NCBI GenBank assembly: GCA_964016885.1 | Contig: OZ024745.1 | Location: 8,122,001-8,186,000 of the forward strand | DNA: 64,000 nucleotides | From: Eledone cirrhosa | Taxonomy: Eukaryota | Direction: 5' to 3' | Part shown: positions 23,101-37,300 of the stretch, piece after piece | How the letters are laid out: each line of letters opens with the position of its first letter | How positions within the stretch are numbered: position 1 is the first letter of the stretch | Program-made: the position numbers and the translations under genes | The notes under the pieces: generated by a model | Database searches by the model: none | What the model was told of the DNA's origin: nothing | Seen by the model: only the letters and a program-made list of their open reading frames with translations

Positions 23101-25800
23101 TTACTGGTATACGGTAGAGGCAGTACTATATACCTTGTTATTCCTGGTAGACTGTATAGGCAGTACTATATACCTTGTTATTCCTGGTAGACTGTAGAGA
23201 CAGTACTATATACCTTATTATTCCTGGTAGAGTGTAGAGGCAGTACTATATACCTTATTATTCCTGGTAGAGTGTAGAGGCAGTACTATATACCTTATTA
23301 TTCCTGGTAGAGTGTAGAGGCAGTAGTATATACCTTATTATACCTGGTAGAGTGTAGAGACAGTACTATATACCTTGTTATTCCTGGTAGACTGTAGAGG
23401 CAGTACTATATACCTTATTATTACTGGTATACGGTAGAGGCAGTACTATATACCTTGTTATTCCTGGTAGACTGTAGAGGCAGTACTATATACCTTGTTA
23501 TTCCTGGTAGACTGTAGAGGCAGTACTATATACCTTATTATTCCTGGTAGAGTGTAGAGGCAGTACTATATACCTTATTATTCCTGGTAGAGTGTAGAGA
23601 CAGTACTATATACCTTGTTATTCCCGGTAGACTGTAGAGGCAGTACTATATACCTTACTATTCCTGGTAGAGTGTAGAGGCAGAACTATATAGCTTATTA
23701 TTCCTGGTAGACTGTAGAGACAGTACTATATACCTTGTTATTCCTGGTAGACTGTAGAGGCAGTACTATATACCTTATTATTCCTGGTAGAGTGTAGAGG
23801 CAGTACTATATACCTCATTATTCCTGGTAGACTGTAGAGGCAGTACTATATACCTTATTATTCCTGGTAGAGTGTAGAGACAGTACTATATACCTTGTTA
23901 TTCCTGGTAGACTGTAGAGACAGTACTATATACCTTGTTATTCCTGGTAGACGGTAGAGGCAGTACTATATACCTTGTTATTCCTGGTAGACTGTAGCGG
24001 CAGTACTATATACCTTATTATTCCTGGTAGAGTGAAGAGGCAGTACTATATACCTTTTTATTCCTGGTAGACTGTAGAGAGAGTACTATATACCTTATTA
24101 TTCCTGGTAGAGTGAAGAGGCAGTACTATATACCTTGTAATTCCTGGTAGACTGTAGAGACAGTACTATATACCTTGTTATACCTGGTAGACTGTAGAGG
24201 CAGTACTATATACCTTGTTATTCCTGGTAGACTGTAGAGGCAGTACTATATACCTTATTATTCCTGGTAGAATTTAGAGACAGTACTATATACCTTATTA
24301 TTCCTGGTAGACTGTAGAGGCAGTACTATATACATTATTATTCCTGGTAGAGTGTAGAGGCAGTAGTATATACCTTATAATACCTGGTAGAGTGTAGAGA
24401 CAGTACTATATACCTTGTTATTCCTGGTAGACTGTAGAGGCAGTACTATATACCTTATTATTACTGGTATACGGTAGAGGCAGTACTATATTCCTTGTTA
24501 TTCCTGGTAGACTGTAGAGGCAGTACTATATACATTGTTATTCCTGGTAGACTGTAGAGGCAGTACTATATACAATATTATTCCTGGTAGAGTGTAGAGG
24601 CAGTACTATATACCTTATTATTCCTGGTAGAGTGTAGAGACAGTACTATATACCTTGTTATTCCCGGTAGACTGTAGAGGCAGTACTATATACCTTACTA
24701 TTCCTGGTAGAGTGTAGAGGCAGAACTATATACCTTATTATTCCTGGTAGACTGTAGAGACAGTACTATATACCTTGTTATTCCTGGTAGACTGTAGAGG
24801 CAGTACTATATACCTTATTATTCCTGGTAGAGTGTAGAGGCAGTACTATATACCTTATTATTCCTGGTAGACTGTAGAGGCAGTACTATATACCTTATTA
24901 TTCCTGGTAGAGTGTAGAGGCAGTACTATATACCTTGTAATTCCTGGTGGACTGTAGAGACAGTACTATATACCTTGTTATACCTGGTAGACTGTAGAGG
25001 CAGTACTATATACCTTGTTATTCCTGGTAGACTGTAGAGGCAGTACTATATACCTTGTTATTCCTGGTAGAATTTAGAGACAGTACTATATACCTTATTA
25101 TACCTGGTAGACTGTAGAGGCAGTACTATATACCTTGTTATTCCTGGAAGACTGTAGAGGCAGTACTGTACACCTTGTTATTCCTGGTAGAGTGTAGAGG
25201 CAGTACTATATACCTTGTTATTCCTGGTAGGCTGTAGAGGCCGTACTATATACCTTGTTATTCCTGGTAGAATGTAGAGGGAATACTATATACCTTATTA
25301 TTCCTGGTAGAGTGTAGAGGAAGTACTATATACCTTATTATTCCTGGTAGACTGTAGAGGCTGTACTATATACCTTATTATTCCTGGTAGAGTTGGTAGA
25401 GTGTAGAGGCAGTACTATATACCTTATTATTCCTGGTAGACATTAGAGGTAGTACTATATACCTTATTATTCCTGGTAGAGTGTAGAGGCAGTACTATAT
25501 ACCTTATTATTCCAGGTAGACTGTAGAGGCAGTACTATATACCTTATTATTCCTGGTAGAGTTGGTAGAGTGTAGAGGCAGTACTATATACCTTATTATT
25601 CCAGATAGAGTGTAGAGGCAGTACTATATACCTTGTTATTCCTGGTAGAGTGTAGAGGCAGTACTATATACCTTGTTATTCCTGGTAGAGTGTAGAGGCA
25701 GTATTATATACCTTGTTATACCTGGTAGACTGTAGAGGCAGTACTATATACCTTATTATTCCTGGTATACGGTAGAGACAGTGCTATATACCTTGTTATT
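13941..25800. repeat. Duplicated block of about 5.6 kb at a 6227-bp offset (155 monomers plus three 9-bp insertions)
   Basis: TGGAGTG 13961/20188, TAGATTGTAGAGAC 14161/20388, TAGAGTGAGG 15641/21868, ACAGTGCTAT 19551/25778. Confidence 0.92.
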
Positions 25801-28800
25801 CCAGGTAGAGTGTAGAGGCAGTACTATATACCTTATTATTCCTGGTAGACTGTACAGGCAGTACTATATACCTTTTTATTCCTGGTAGAGTGTAGAGGCA
25901 GTACTATATACCTTATTATTCCTGGTAGGCTGTAGAGACAGTACTATATACCTTTTTATTCCTGGTAGAGTGTAGAGGCAGTACTATATACCTTATTATT
26001 CCTGGTAGACTGTAGAGGCAGTACTATATACCTTATTATTCCTGGTAGACTGTAGAGGCAGTACTATATACCTTTTTATTCCTGGTAGGCTGTAGAGACA
26101 GTACTATATACCTTTTTATTCCTGGTAGAGTGTAGAGGCAGTACTATATACCTTATTATTCCTGGTAGAGTGTAGAGACAGTACTATATACCTTATTATT
26201 CCTGGTAGAGTGTAGAGACAGTACGATATACCTTGTTATTCCTGGTATAGTGTAGAGGCAGTACTATATACCTTTTTATTCCTGGTAGAGTGTAGAGGCA
26301 GTACTATATACCTTATTATTCCTGGTAGGCTGTAGAGACAGTACTATATACCTTTTTATTCCTGGTAGAGTGTAGAGACAGTACTATATACCTTCTAATT
26401 CCTGGTATAGTGTAGAGGCAGTACTATATACCTTTTTATTCCTGGTAGAGTGTAGAGGCAGTACTATATACCTTATTATTCCTGGTAGGCTGTAGAGACA
26501 GTACTATATACCTTTTTATTCCTGGTAGAGTTGGTAGAGTGTAGAGGCAGTACTATATACCTTATTATTCTTGGTAGAGTGTAGAGGCAGTACTATATAC
26601 CTTATTATACCTGGTAGAGTGTAGAGACAGTACTATATACCTTATTATTCATGGTAGAGTGTAGAGACAGTACTATATACCTTGTTATTCCTGGTATAGT
26701 GTAGAGGCAGTACTATATACCTTTTTATTCCTGGTAGAGTGTAGAGGCAGTACTATATACCTTATTATTCCTGGTAGGCTGTAGAGACAGTACTATATAC
26801 CTTATTATTCCTGGTAGAGTTGGTAGAGTGTAGAGGCAGTACTATATACCTTATTATTCCAGATAGAGTGTAGAGGCAGTACTATATACCTTGTTATTCC
26901 TGGTAGAGTGTAGAGGCAGTACTATATACCTTGTTATTCCTGGTAGAGTGTAGAGGCAGTATTATATACCTTGTTATACCTGGTAGACTGTAGAGGCAGT
27001 ACTATATACCTTATTATTCCTGGTATACGGTAGAGGCAGTGCTATATACCTTGTTATTCCTGGTAGACTGTAGAGGCAGTACTATATACCTTATTATTCC
27101 TGGTAGAGTGTAGAGGCAGTACTATATACCTTATTATTCCTGGTAGAGTGTAGAGACAGTACTATATACCTTATTATTCCTGGTAGAGTGTAGAGACAGT
27201 ACTATATACCTTGTTATTCCTGGTATAGTGTAGAGGCAGTACTATATACCTTTTTATTCCTGGTAGAGTTGGTAGAGTGTAGAGGCAGTACTATATACCT
27301 TATTATTCCTGGTAGAGTGTAGAGGCAGTACTATATACCTTATTATTCCTGGTAGAGTGTAGAGACAGTACTATATACCTTATTATTCCTGGTAGAGTGT
27401 AGAGACAGTACTATATACCTTGTTATTCCTGGTATAGTGTAGAGGCAGTACTATATACCTTTTTATTCCTGGTAGAGTGTAGAGGCAGTACTATATACCT
27501 TATTATTCCTGGTAGGCTGTAGAGACAGTACTATATACCTTATTATTCCTGGTAGAGTTGGTAGAGTGTAGAGGCAGTACTATATACCTTATTATTCCAG
27601 TTAGAGTGTAGAAGCAGTACTATATACCTTGTTATTCCTGGTAGAGTGTAGAGGCAGTACTATATACCTTGTTATTCCTGGTAGAGTGTAGAGGCAGTAT
27701 TATATACCTTGTTATACCTGGTAGACTGTAGAGGCAGTACTATATACCTTATTATTCCTGGTATACGGTAGAGGCAGTGCTATATACCTTGTTATTCCTG
27801 GTAGACTGTAGAGGCAGTACTATATACCTTATTATTCCTGGTAGAGTGTAGAGGCAGTACTATATACCTTATTATTCCTGGTAGAGTGTAGAGACAGTAC
27901 TATATACCTTATTATTCCCGGTAGAGTGTAGAGACAGTACTATATACCTTGTTATTCGTGGTATAGTTTAGAGGCAGTACTATATACCTTTTTAATCCTG
28001 GTAGAGTGTAGAGGCAGTACTATATACCTTATTATTCCTGGTAGGCTGTAGAGACAGTACTATATACCTTTTTATTCCTGGTAGAGTGTAGAGACAGTAC
28101 TATATACCTTGTTATTCCTGGTATAGTGTAGAGGCAGTACTATATACCTTTTTATTCCTGGTAGAGTGTAGAGGCAGTACTATATACCTTATTATTCCTG
28201 GTAGGCTGTAGAGACAGTACTATATACCTTATTATTCCTGGTAGAGTGTAGAGGCAGTACTATATACCTTGTTATTCCAGATAGAGTGTAGAGGCAGTAC
28301 TATATATCTTATTATTCCTGGTAGAGTGTAGAGGCAGTACTATATACATTATTATTCCTGGTAGACTGTAGAGACAGTACTATATACCTTATTATTCCTG
28401 GTAGACTGTAGATGCAGTACTATATACCTTGTTACTCCTGGTATAGTGTAGAGGCAGTACTATATACCTTGTTATTCCTGGTAGACTTTAGAGGCAGTAC
28501 TATATACCTTATTATTCCTGGTAGAGTGTTGAGGCAGTAATATATACTTTAATATTCCTGGTAGACTGTAGAGGCAGTACTATATACCTTAGTATTCATG
28601 GTAGACTGTAGAGGCAGTACTATATACATTATTATATCTGGTAGAGTGTAGAGGCAGTACTATATACCTTATTATTCCTGGTAGAGTATAGAGGCAGTAC
28701 TATATACATTATTATATCTGGTAGAGTGTAGAGGCAGTACTATATACCTTATTATTCCTGGTAGACTGTAGAGGCAGTATTATATACCTTGTTATTCCTG

Positions 28801-31399
28801 GTAGACTGTAGAGGCTGTACTATATACCTTATTATTCCTGGTAGAGTGTAGAGGCAGTACTAAATACATTATTATTCCTGGTAGACTGTAGAGACAGTAC
28901 TATATACCTTATTATTCCTGGTAGACTGTAGAGGCAGTACTATATACCTTATTATTCCTGGTATACTGTAGAGGCAGTACTATATACATTGTTATTCCTG
29001 GTAGACTGTAGAGGCAGTACTATATACCTTATTATTCCTGGTAGACTGTAGAGACAGTACTATATACCTTATTATTCCTGGTATACTGTAGAGGCAGTAC
29101 TATATACATTGTTATTCCTGGTAGACTGTAGAGACAGTACTATATACCTTGTTAATCCAGATAGAGTGTAGAGGCAGTACTATATACCTTATTATTCCTG
29201 GCAGACTGTAGAGACAGTACTATATACCTTGTTATTCCAGATAGAGTGTAGAGGCAGTACTATATACCTTATTATTCCTGGTAGACTGTAGAGGCAGTAC
29301 TATATACCTTATTATTCCTGGTAGACTGTAGAGGCAGTACTATATACCTTATTATTCCTGGTAGACTGTAGAGGCAGTACTATATACCTACCTTTTTATT
29401 CCTGGTAGAGTGTAGAGGCAGTACTATATACCTTGTTATTCCTGGTATAGTGTAGAGGCTGTATTATATACCTTGTTATTCCTGGTAGACTGTAGATGCA
29501 GTACTATATACCTTGTTATTCCTGGTAGACTGTTGAGGCAGTACTATATACCTTGTTATTCCTGATAGACTGTAGAGGCAGTACTATATACATTCTAATT
29601 CTTGGTAGACTGTAGAAGCAGTACTATATACCTTATTATTCCTGGTAGACTGTAGAGGCAGTACTATATACCTTGTTATTCCAGGTAGAGTGTAGAGGCA
29701 GTACTATATACATTTGTTATTCCAGATAGAGTGTAGAGGCAGTACTATATACCTTATAATTCCTGGTAGAGCGTAGAGGCAGTACTATATACCTTATTAT
29801 TCCTGGTAGAGTGTAGAGGCAGTACTATATACATTGTTATTCCAGGTAGAGTGTAGAGGCAGTACTATATACCTTGTTATTCCTGGTATAGTGTAGAGGC
29901 TGTACTATATACCTTGTTATTCCTGGTAGACTGTAGATGCAGTACTATATATCTTGTTATTCCTGGTAGACGGTTGAGGCAGTACTATATACCTTGTTAT
30001 TCCTGATAGACTGTAGAGGCAGTACTATATACCTTCTAATTACTGGTAGACTGTAGAAGCAGTACTATATACCTTATTATTCCTGGTAGACTGTAGAGGC
30101 AGTACTATATACCTTTTTATTCCTGGTAGAGTGTGAGACAGTACTATATACCTTTTTATTCCTGGTATACTGTAGAGACAGTACTATATACCTTATTATT
30201 CCTGGTAGACTGTAGAGGGAGTACTATATACCTTATTATTCCTGGTAGATTGTAGAGGCAGTACTATATACCTTATTATTCATGGTAGAGTGTATAGACA
30301 GTACTATATACCTTATTATTCCTGGTAGAGTGTAGAGGCGGTACTATATACCTTGTTATTCCTGGTAGACTGTAGAGGCAGTACTATATAGCTTGTTATA
30401 CCTGGTAGACTGTAGAGGCAGTACTATATACTTTTTATTCCTGGTAGAGTGTAGAGGCAGTACTATATACCTTGTTATTCCTGGTAGAGTGTAGAGGCAG
30501 TATTATATACCTTGTTATTCCTGGTAGAGTGTATAGACAGTACTATATACCTAATTATTCCTGGTAGACTGTAGAGACAGTACTATATACCTTATTATTC
30601 CTGGTAGATTGTAGAGACAGTACCATATACCTTGTTATTCCTGGTAGACTGTAGAGGCAGTACTATATACCTTATTATTCCTGGTAGACTGTAGAGACAG
30701 TACTATATACCTTATTATTCCTGGTAGAGTGTAGAGGCAGTACTATATACATTATTATTCCTGGTAGACTGTAGAGGCAGTACTATATACCTTATTATTC
30801 CTGGTAGACTGTAGAGACAGTACTATATACCTTGTTATTCCTGGTAGAGTGTATAGACAGTACTATATACCTTATTATTCCTGGTAGATTGTAGAGACAG
30901 TACTATATACCTTATTATTCCTGGTAGACTGTAGAGACAGTACTATATACCTTATTATTCCTGGTAGAGTGTAGAGGCAGTAGTATATACCTTATTATAC
31001 CTGGTAGAGTGTAGAGACAGTACTATATACCTTGTTATTCCTGGTAGACTGTAGAGGCAGTACTATATACCTTATTATTACTGGTATACGGTAGAGGCAG
31101 TACTATATACCTTGTTATTCCTGGTAGACTGTAGAGGCAGTACTATATACCTTGTTATTCCTGGTAGACTGTAGAGGCAGTACTATATACCTTATTATTC
31201 CTGGTAGAGTGTAGAGGCAGTACTATATACCTTATTATTCCTGGTAGAGTGTAGAGACAGTACTATATACCTTGTTATTCCCGGTAGACTGTAGAGGCAG
31301 TACTATATACCTTACTATTCCTGGTAGCGTGTAGAGGCAGAACTATATACCTTCTTATTCCTGGTAGACTATAGAGACAGTACTATATACCTTGTTATT

Positions 31400-34300
31400 C
31401 CTGGTAGACTGTAGAGGCAGTACTATATACCTTATTATTCCTGGTAGAGTGAAGAGGCAGTACTATATACCTTTTTATTCCTGGTAGACTGTAGAGAGAG
31501 TACTATATACCTTATTATTCCTGGTAGAGTGAAGAGGCAGTACTATATACCTTGTAATTCCTGGTAGACTGTAGAGACAGTACTATATACCTTGTTATAC
31601 CTGGTAAACTGTAGAGGCAGTACTATATACCTTGTTATTCCTGGTAGACTGTAGAGGCAGTACTATATACCTTGTTATTCCTGGTAGAATTTAGAGACAG
31701 TACTATATACCTTATTATTCCTGGTAGACTGTAGAGGCAGTACTATATACATTATTATTCCTGGTAGAGTGTAGAGGCAGTAGTATATACCTTATTATAC
31801 CTGGTAGAGTGTAGAGACAGTACTATATACCTTGTTATTCCTGGTAGACTGTAGAGGCAGTACTATATACCTTATTATTACTGGTATACGGTAGAGGGAG
31901 TACTATATACCTTGTTATTCCTGGTAGACTGTAGAGGCAGTACTATATACCTTGTTATTCCTGGTAGACTGTAGAGGCAGTACTATATACCTTATTATTC
32001 CTGGTAGAGTGTAGAGGCAGTACTATATACCTTATTATTCCTGGTAGAGTGTAGAGACAGTACTATATACCTTGTTATTCCCGGTAGACTGTAGAGGCAG
32101 TACTATATACCTTACTATTCCTGGTAGAGTGTAGAGGCAGAACTATATACCTTATTATTCCTGGTAGACTGTAGAGACAGTACTATATACATTATTATTC
32201 CTGGTAGAGTGTAGAGGCAGTACTATATACCTTATTATTCCTGGTAGAGTGTAGAGGCAGTACTATATACCTTGTTATTCCTGGTAGACTGTAGAGGCAG
32301 TACTATATACCTTGTTATTCCTGGTAGAATTTAGAGACAGTACTATATACCTTATTATACCTGGTAGACTGTAGAGGCAGTACTATATACCTTGTTATTC
32401 CTGGAAGACTGTAGAGGCAGTACTGTACACCTTGTTATTCCTTGTAGAGTGTAGAGGCAGTACTATATACCTTGTTATTCCTGGTAGAGTGTAGAGGGAG
32501 TACTATATAACTTATTATTCCTGGTAGAGTGTAGAGGCAGTACTATATACCTTATTATTCCTGGTAGACTGTAGAGGCTGTACTATATACCTTATTATTC
32601 CTGGTAGAGTTGGTAGAGTGTAGAGGCAGTACTATATACCTTATTATTCCAGATAGAGTGTAGAGGCAGTACTATATACCTTGTTATTCCTGGTAGAGTG
32701 TAGAGGCAGTACTATATACCTTGTTATTCCTGGTAGAGTGTAGAGGCAGTATTATATACCTTGTTATACCTGGTAGACTGTAGAGGCAGTACTATATACC
32801 TTATTATTCCTGGTATACGGTAGAGGCAGTGCTATATACCTTGTTATTCCTGGTAGAGTGTAGAGGCAGTACTATATACCTTATTATTCCTGGTAGACTG
32901 TACAGGCAGTACTATATACCTTTTTATTCCTGGTAGAGTGTAGAGGCAGTACTATATACCTTATTATTCCTGGTAGGCTGTAGAGACAGTACTATATACC
33001 TTTTTATTCCTGGTAGAGTGTAGAGGCAGTACTATATACCTTATTATTCCTGGTAGACTGTAGAGGCAGTACTATATACCTTATTATTCCTGGTAGACTG
33101 TAGAGGCAGTACTATATATCTTTTTATTCCTCGTAGAGTGTAGCGGCAGTACGATATACCTTGTTATTCCTGGTATAGTGTAGAGGCAGTACTATATACC
33201 TTGTTATTCCTGGTATAGTGTAGAGGCAGTACTATATACCTTGTTATTCCTGGTAGACTTTAGAGGCAGTACTATATACTTTATTATTCCTGGTAGAGTG
33301 TATAGACAGTACTATATACCTTATTATTCCTGGTAGAGTATAGAGGCAGTACTATATACATTATTATATCTGGTAGAGTGTAGAGACAGTACTATATACC
33401 TTTTTATTCCTGGTAGAGTGTAGAGGGAGTACTATATACCTTGTCATTCCTGGTAGACTGTAGAGGCAGTACTATATACCTTATTATTCCTGGTAGGCTG
33501 TAGAGACAGTACTATATACCTTTTTATTCCTGGTAGAGTGTAGAGGGAGTACTATATACCTTGTCATTCCTGGTAGACTGTAGAGGCAGTACTATATACC
33601 TTATTATTCCTGGTAGGCTGTAGAGACAGTACTATATACCTTTTTATTCCTGGTAGAATGTAGAGGCAGTACTATATACCTTATTATTCCTCGTAGAGTG
33701 TAGCGGCAGTACGATATACCTTGTTATTCCTGGTATAGTGTAGAGGCAGTACTATATACCTTGTTATTCCTGGTATAGTGTAGAGGCAGTACTATATACC
33801 TTGTTATTCCTGGTAGACTTTAGAGGCAGTACTATATACTTTATTATTCCTGGTAGAGTGTATAGACAGTACTATATACCTTATAATTCCTGGAAGAGTG
33901 TTGAGGCAGTACTAAATACCTTATTATTCCTGGTAGAATGTAGAGGCAGTACTATATACCGTATTATTCCTGGTAGATTGTAGAGGCAGTACTATATACC
34001 TTATTATTCCTGGTAGACTGTATAGGCAGTACTATATACCTTATTATTCCTGGTAGAGTATAGAGGCAGTACTATATACATTATTATATCTGGTAGAGTG
34101 TAGAGACAGTACTATATACCTTTTTATTCCTGGTAGAGTGTAGAGGGAGTACTATATACCTTGCCATTCCTGGTAGACTGTAGAGGCAGTACTATATACC
34201 TTGTTATTCCTGGTAGACTGTAGAGACAGTACTATATACATTATTATACCTGGTAGACTGTAGAGGCAGTATTATATACCTTGTTATTCCTGGTAGACTG

Positions 34301-37300
34301 TAGAGGCAGTACTATATACCTTATTATATCGGGTAGACTGTAGAGGCAGTACTATATACCTTGTTATTCCTGGTAGACTGTAGAGGCAGTACTATATACA
34401 TTATTATTCCTGGTAGACGGTAGAGGCAGTACTATATACCTTATTATTCCTGGTAGACTGTAGAGGCAGTACTATATACATTATTATTCCTGGTAGATTG
34501 TAGAGGCAGTACTATATACCTTATTATTCCTGGTAAACTGTAGAGACAGTACTATATACCTAATTATTCTTGGTAGACTGTAGAGACAGTACTATATACA
34601 TTATTATTCCTGGTAGACTGTAGAGGCAGTACTATATACCTTATTATTCCTGGTAGACTGTAGAGGCAGTACTATATACCTTCTAATACCTGGTAGAGTG
34701 TAGAGGCAGTACTATATACCTTATTATTCCTGGTAGACTGTAGAGGCAGTACTATATACCTTATTATTCCTGGTAAACTGTAGAGGCAGTACTATATACC
34801 TTATTATTCCTGGTAGACTGTAGAGGGAGTACTATATACCTTATTATTCCTGGTAGACTGTAGAGACAGTACTATATACCTTATTATTCCTGGTAGAGTG
34901 TAGAGACAGTACTATATACCTTGTTATTCCAGATAGAGTGTAGAGGCAGTACTATATAGCTTATTATTCCTGGTAGAGTGTAGAGGCAGTACTATATACA
35001 TTATTATTCCTGGTAGACTGTAGAGACAGTACTATATACCTTATTATTCCTGGTAGACTGTAGATGCAGTACTATATACCTTGTTATTTCTGGTAGACTG
35101 TAGAGACAGTAATATATACCTTATTATTCCTGGTAGAGTGTTGAGGCAGTAATATATACATTAATATTCCTGGTAGACTGTAGAGGCAGTACTATATACC
35201 TTAGTATTCATGGTAGACTGTAGAGGCAGTACTATATACATTATTATATCTGGTAGAGTGTAGAGGCAGTACTATATACCTTATTATTCCTGGTAGAGTA
35301 TAGAGGCAGTACTATATACATTATTATATCTGGTAGAGTGTAGAGGCAGTACTATATACCTTATTATTCCTGGTAGACTGTAGAGACAATACTATATACC
35401 TTATTATTCCTGGTATACTGTAGAGGCAGTACTATATACATTGTTATTCCTGGTAGACTGTAGAGACAGTACTATATACCTTGTTATTCCAGATAGAGTG
35501 TAGAGGCAGTAATATATACCTTATTATTCCTGGTAGACTGTAGAGACAGTACTATATACCTTGTTATTCCAGATAGAGTGTAGAGGCAGTACTATATACC
35601 TTATTATTCCTGGTAGACTGTAGAGGCAGTACTATATACCTTATTATTCCTGGTAGAATGTAGAGGCAGTACTATATACCTTATTATTCCTGGTAGACTG
35701 TAGAGGCAGTACTATATACCTACCTTTTTATTCCTGGTAGAGTGTAGAGGCAGTACTATATACCTTCTTATTCCTGGTATAGTGTAGAGGCTGTATTAAA
35801 TACCTTGTTATTCCTGGTAGACTGTAGATGCAGTACTATATACCTTGTTATTCCTGGTAGACTGTTGAGGCAGTACTATATACCTTGTTATTCCTGATAG
35901 ACTGTAGAGGCAGTACTATATACATTCTAATTCTTGGTAGACTGTAGAAGCAGTACTATATACCTTATTATTCCTGGTAGACTGTAGAGGCAGTACTATA
36001 TACCTTGTTATTCCAGGTAGAGTGTAGAGGCAGTACTATATACCTTTTTATTCCTGGTAGAGTGTAGAGGCAGTACTATATACCTTGTTATTCCAGGTAG
36101 AGTGTAGAGGCAGTACTATATACATTTGTTATTCCAGATAGAGTGTAGAGGCAGTACTATATACCTTATAATTCCTGGTAGAGCGTAGAGGCAGTACTAT
36201 ATACCTTGTTATTCCAGGTAGAGTGTAGAGGCAGTACTATATACCTTGTTATTCCTGGTATAGTGTAGAGGCTGTACTATATACCTTGTTATTCCTGGTA
36301 GACTGTAGATGCAGTACTATATACCTTGTTATTCCTGGTAGACGGTTGAGGCAGTACTATATACCTTGTTATTCCTGATAGACTGTAGAGGCAGTACTAT
36401 ATACCTTCTAATTCCTGGTAGACTGTAGAAGCAGTACTATATACCTTATTATTCCTGGTAGACTGTAGAGGCAGTACTATATAACTTTTTATTCCTGGTA
36501 GAGTGTGAGACAGTACTATATACCTTTTTATTCCTGGTATACTGTAGAGACAGTACTATATACCTTATTATTCCTGGTAGACTGTAGAGACAGTACTATA
36601 TACCTTGTTATTCCTGGTAGACTGTAGAGGCAGTACTATATACCTTATTATTCCTGGTAGACTGTAGAGACAGTACTATATACCTTGTTATTCCTGGTAG
36701 AGTGTAGAGGCATTACTATATACATTATTATTCCTGGTAGACTGTAGAGGCAGTACTATATACCTTATTATTCCTGGTAGAGTGTAGAGACAGTACTATA
36801 TACCTTGTTATTCCTGGTAGACTGTAGAGACAGTACTATATACCTTGTTATTCCTGGTAGACGGTAGAGGCAGTACTATATACCTTGTTATTCCTGGTAG
36901 ACTGTAGAGGCAGTACTATATACCTTATTATTCCTGGTAGAGTGAAGAGGCAGTACTATATACCTTTTTATTCCTGGTAGACTGTAGAGAGAGTACTATA
37001 TACCTTATTATTCCTGGTAGAGTGAAGAGGCAGTACTATATACCTTGTAATTCCTGGTAGACTGTAGAGACAGTACTATATACCTTGTTATACCTGGTAG
37101 ACTGTAGAGGCAGTACTATATAACTTGTTATTCCTGGTAGACTGTAGAGGCAGTACTATATACCTTGTTATTCCTGGTAGAATTTAGAGTCAGTACTATA
37201 TACCTTATTATTCCTGGTAGACTGTAGAGGCAGTACTATATACATTATTATTCCTGGTAGAGTGTAGAGGCAGTAGTATATACCTTATTATACCTGGTAG

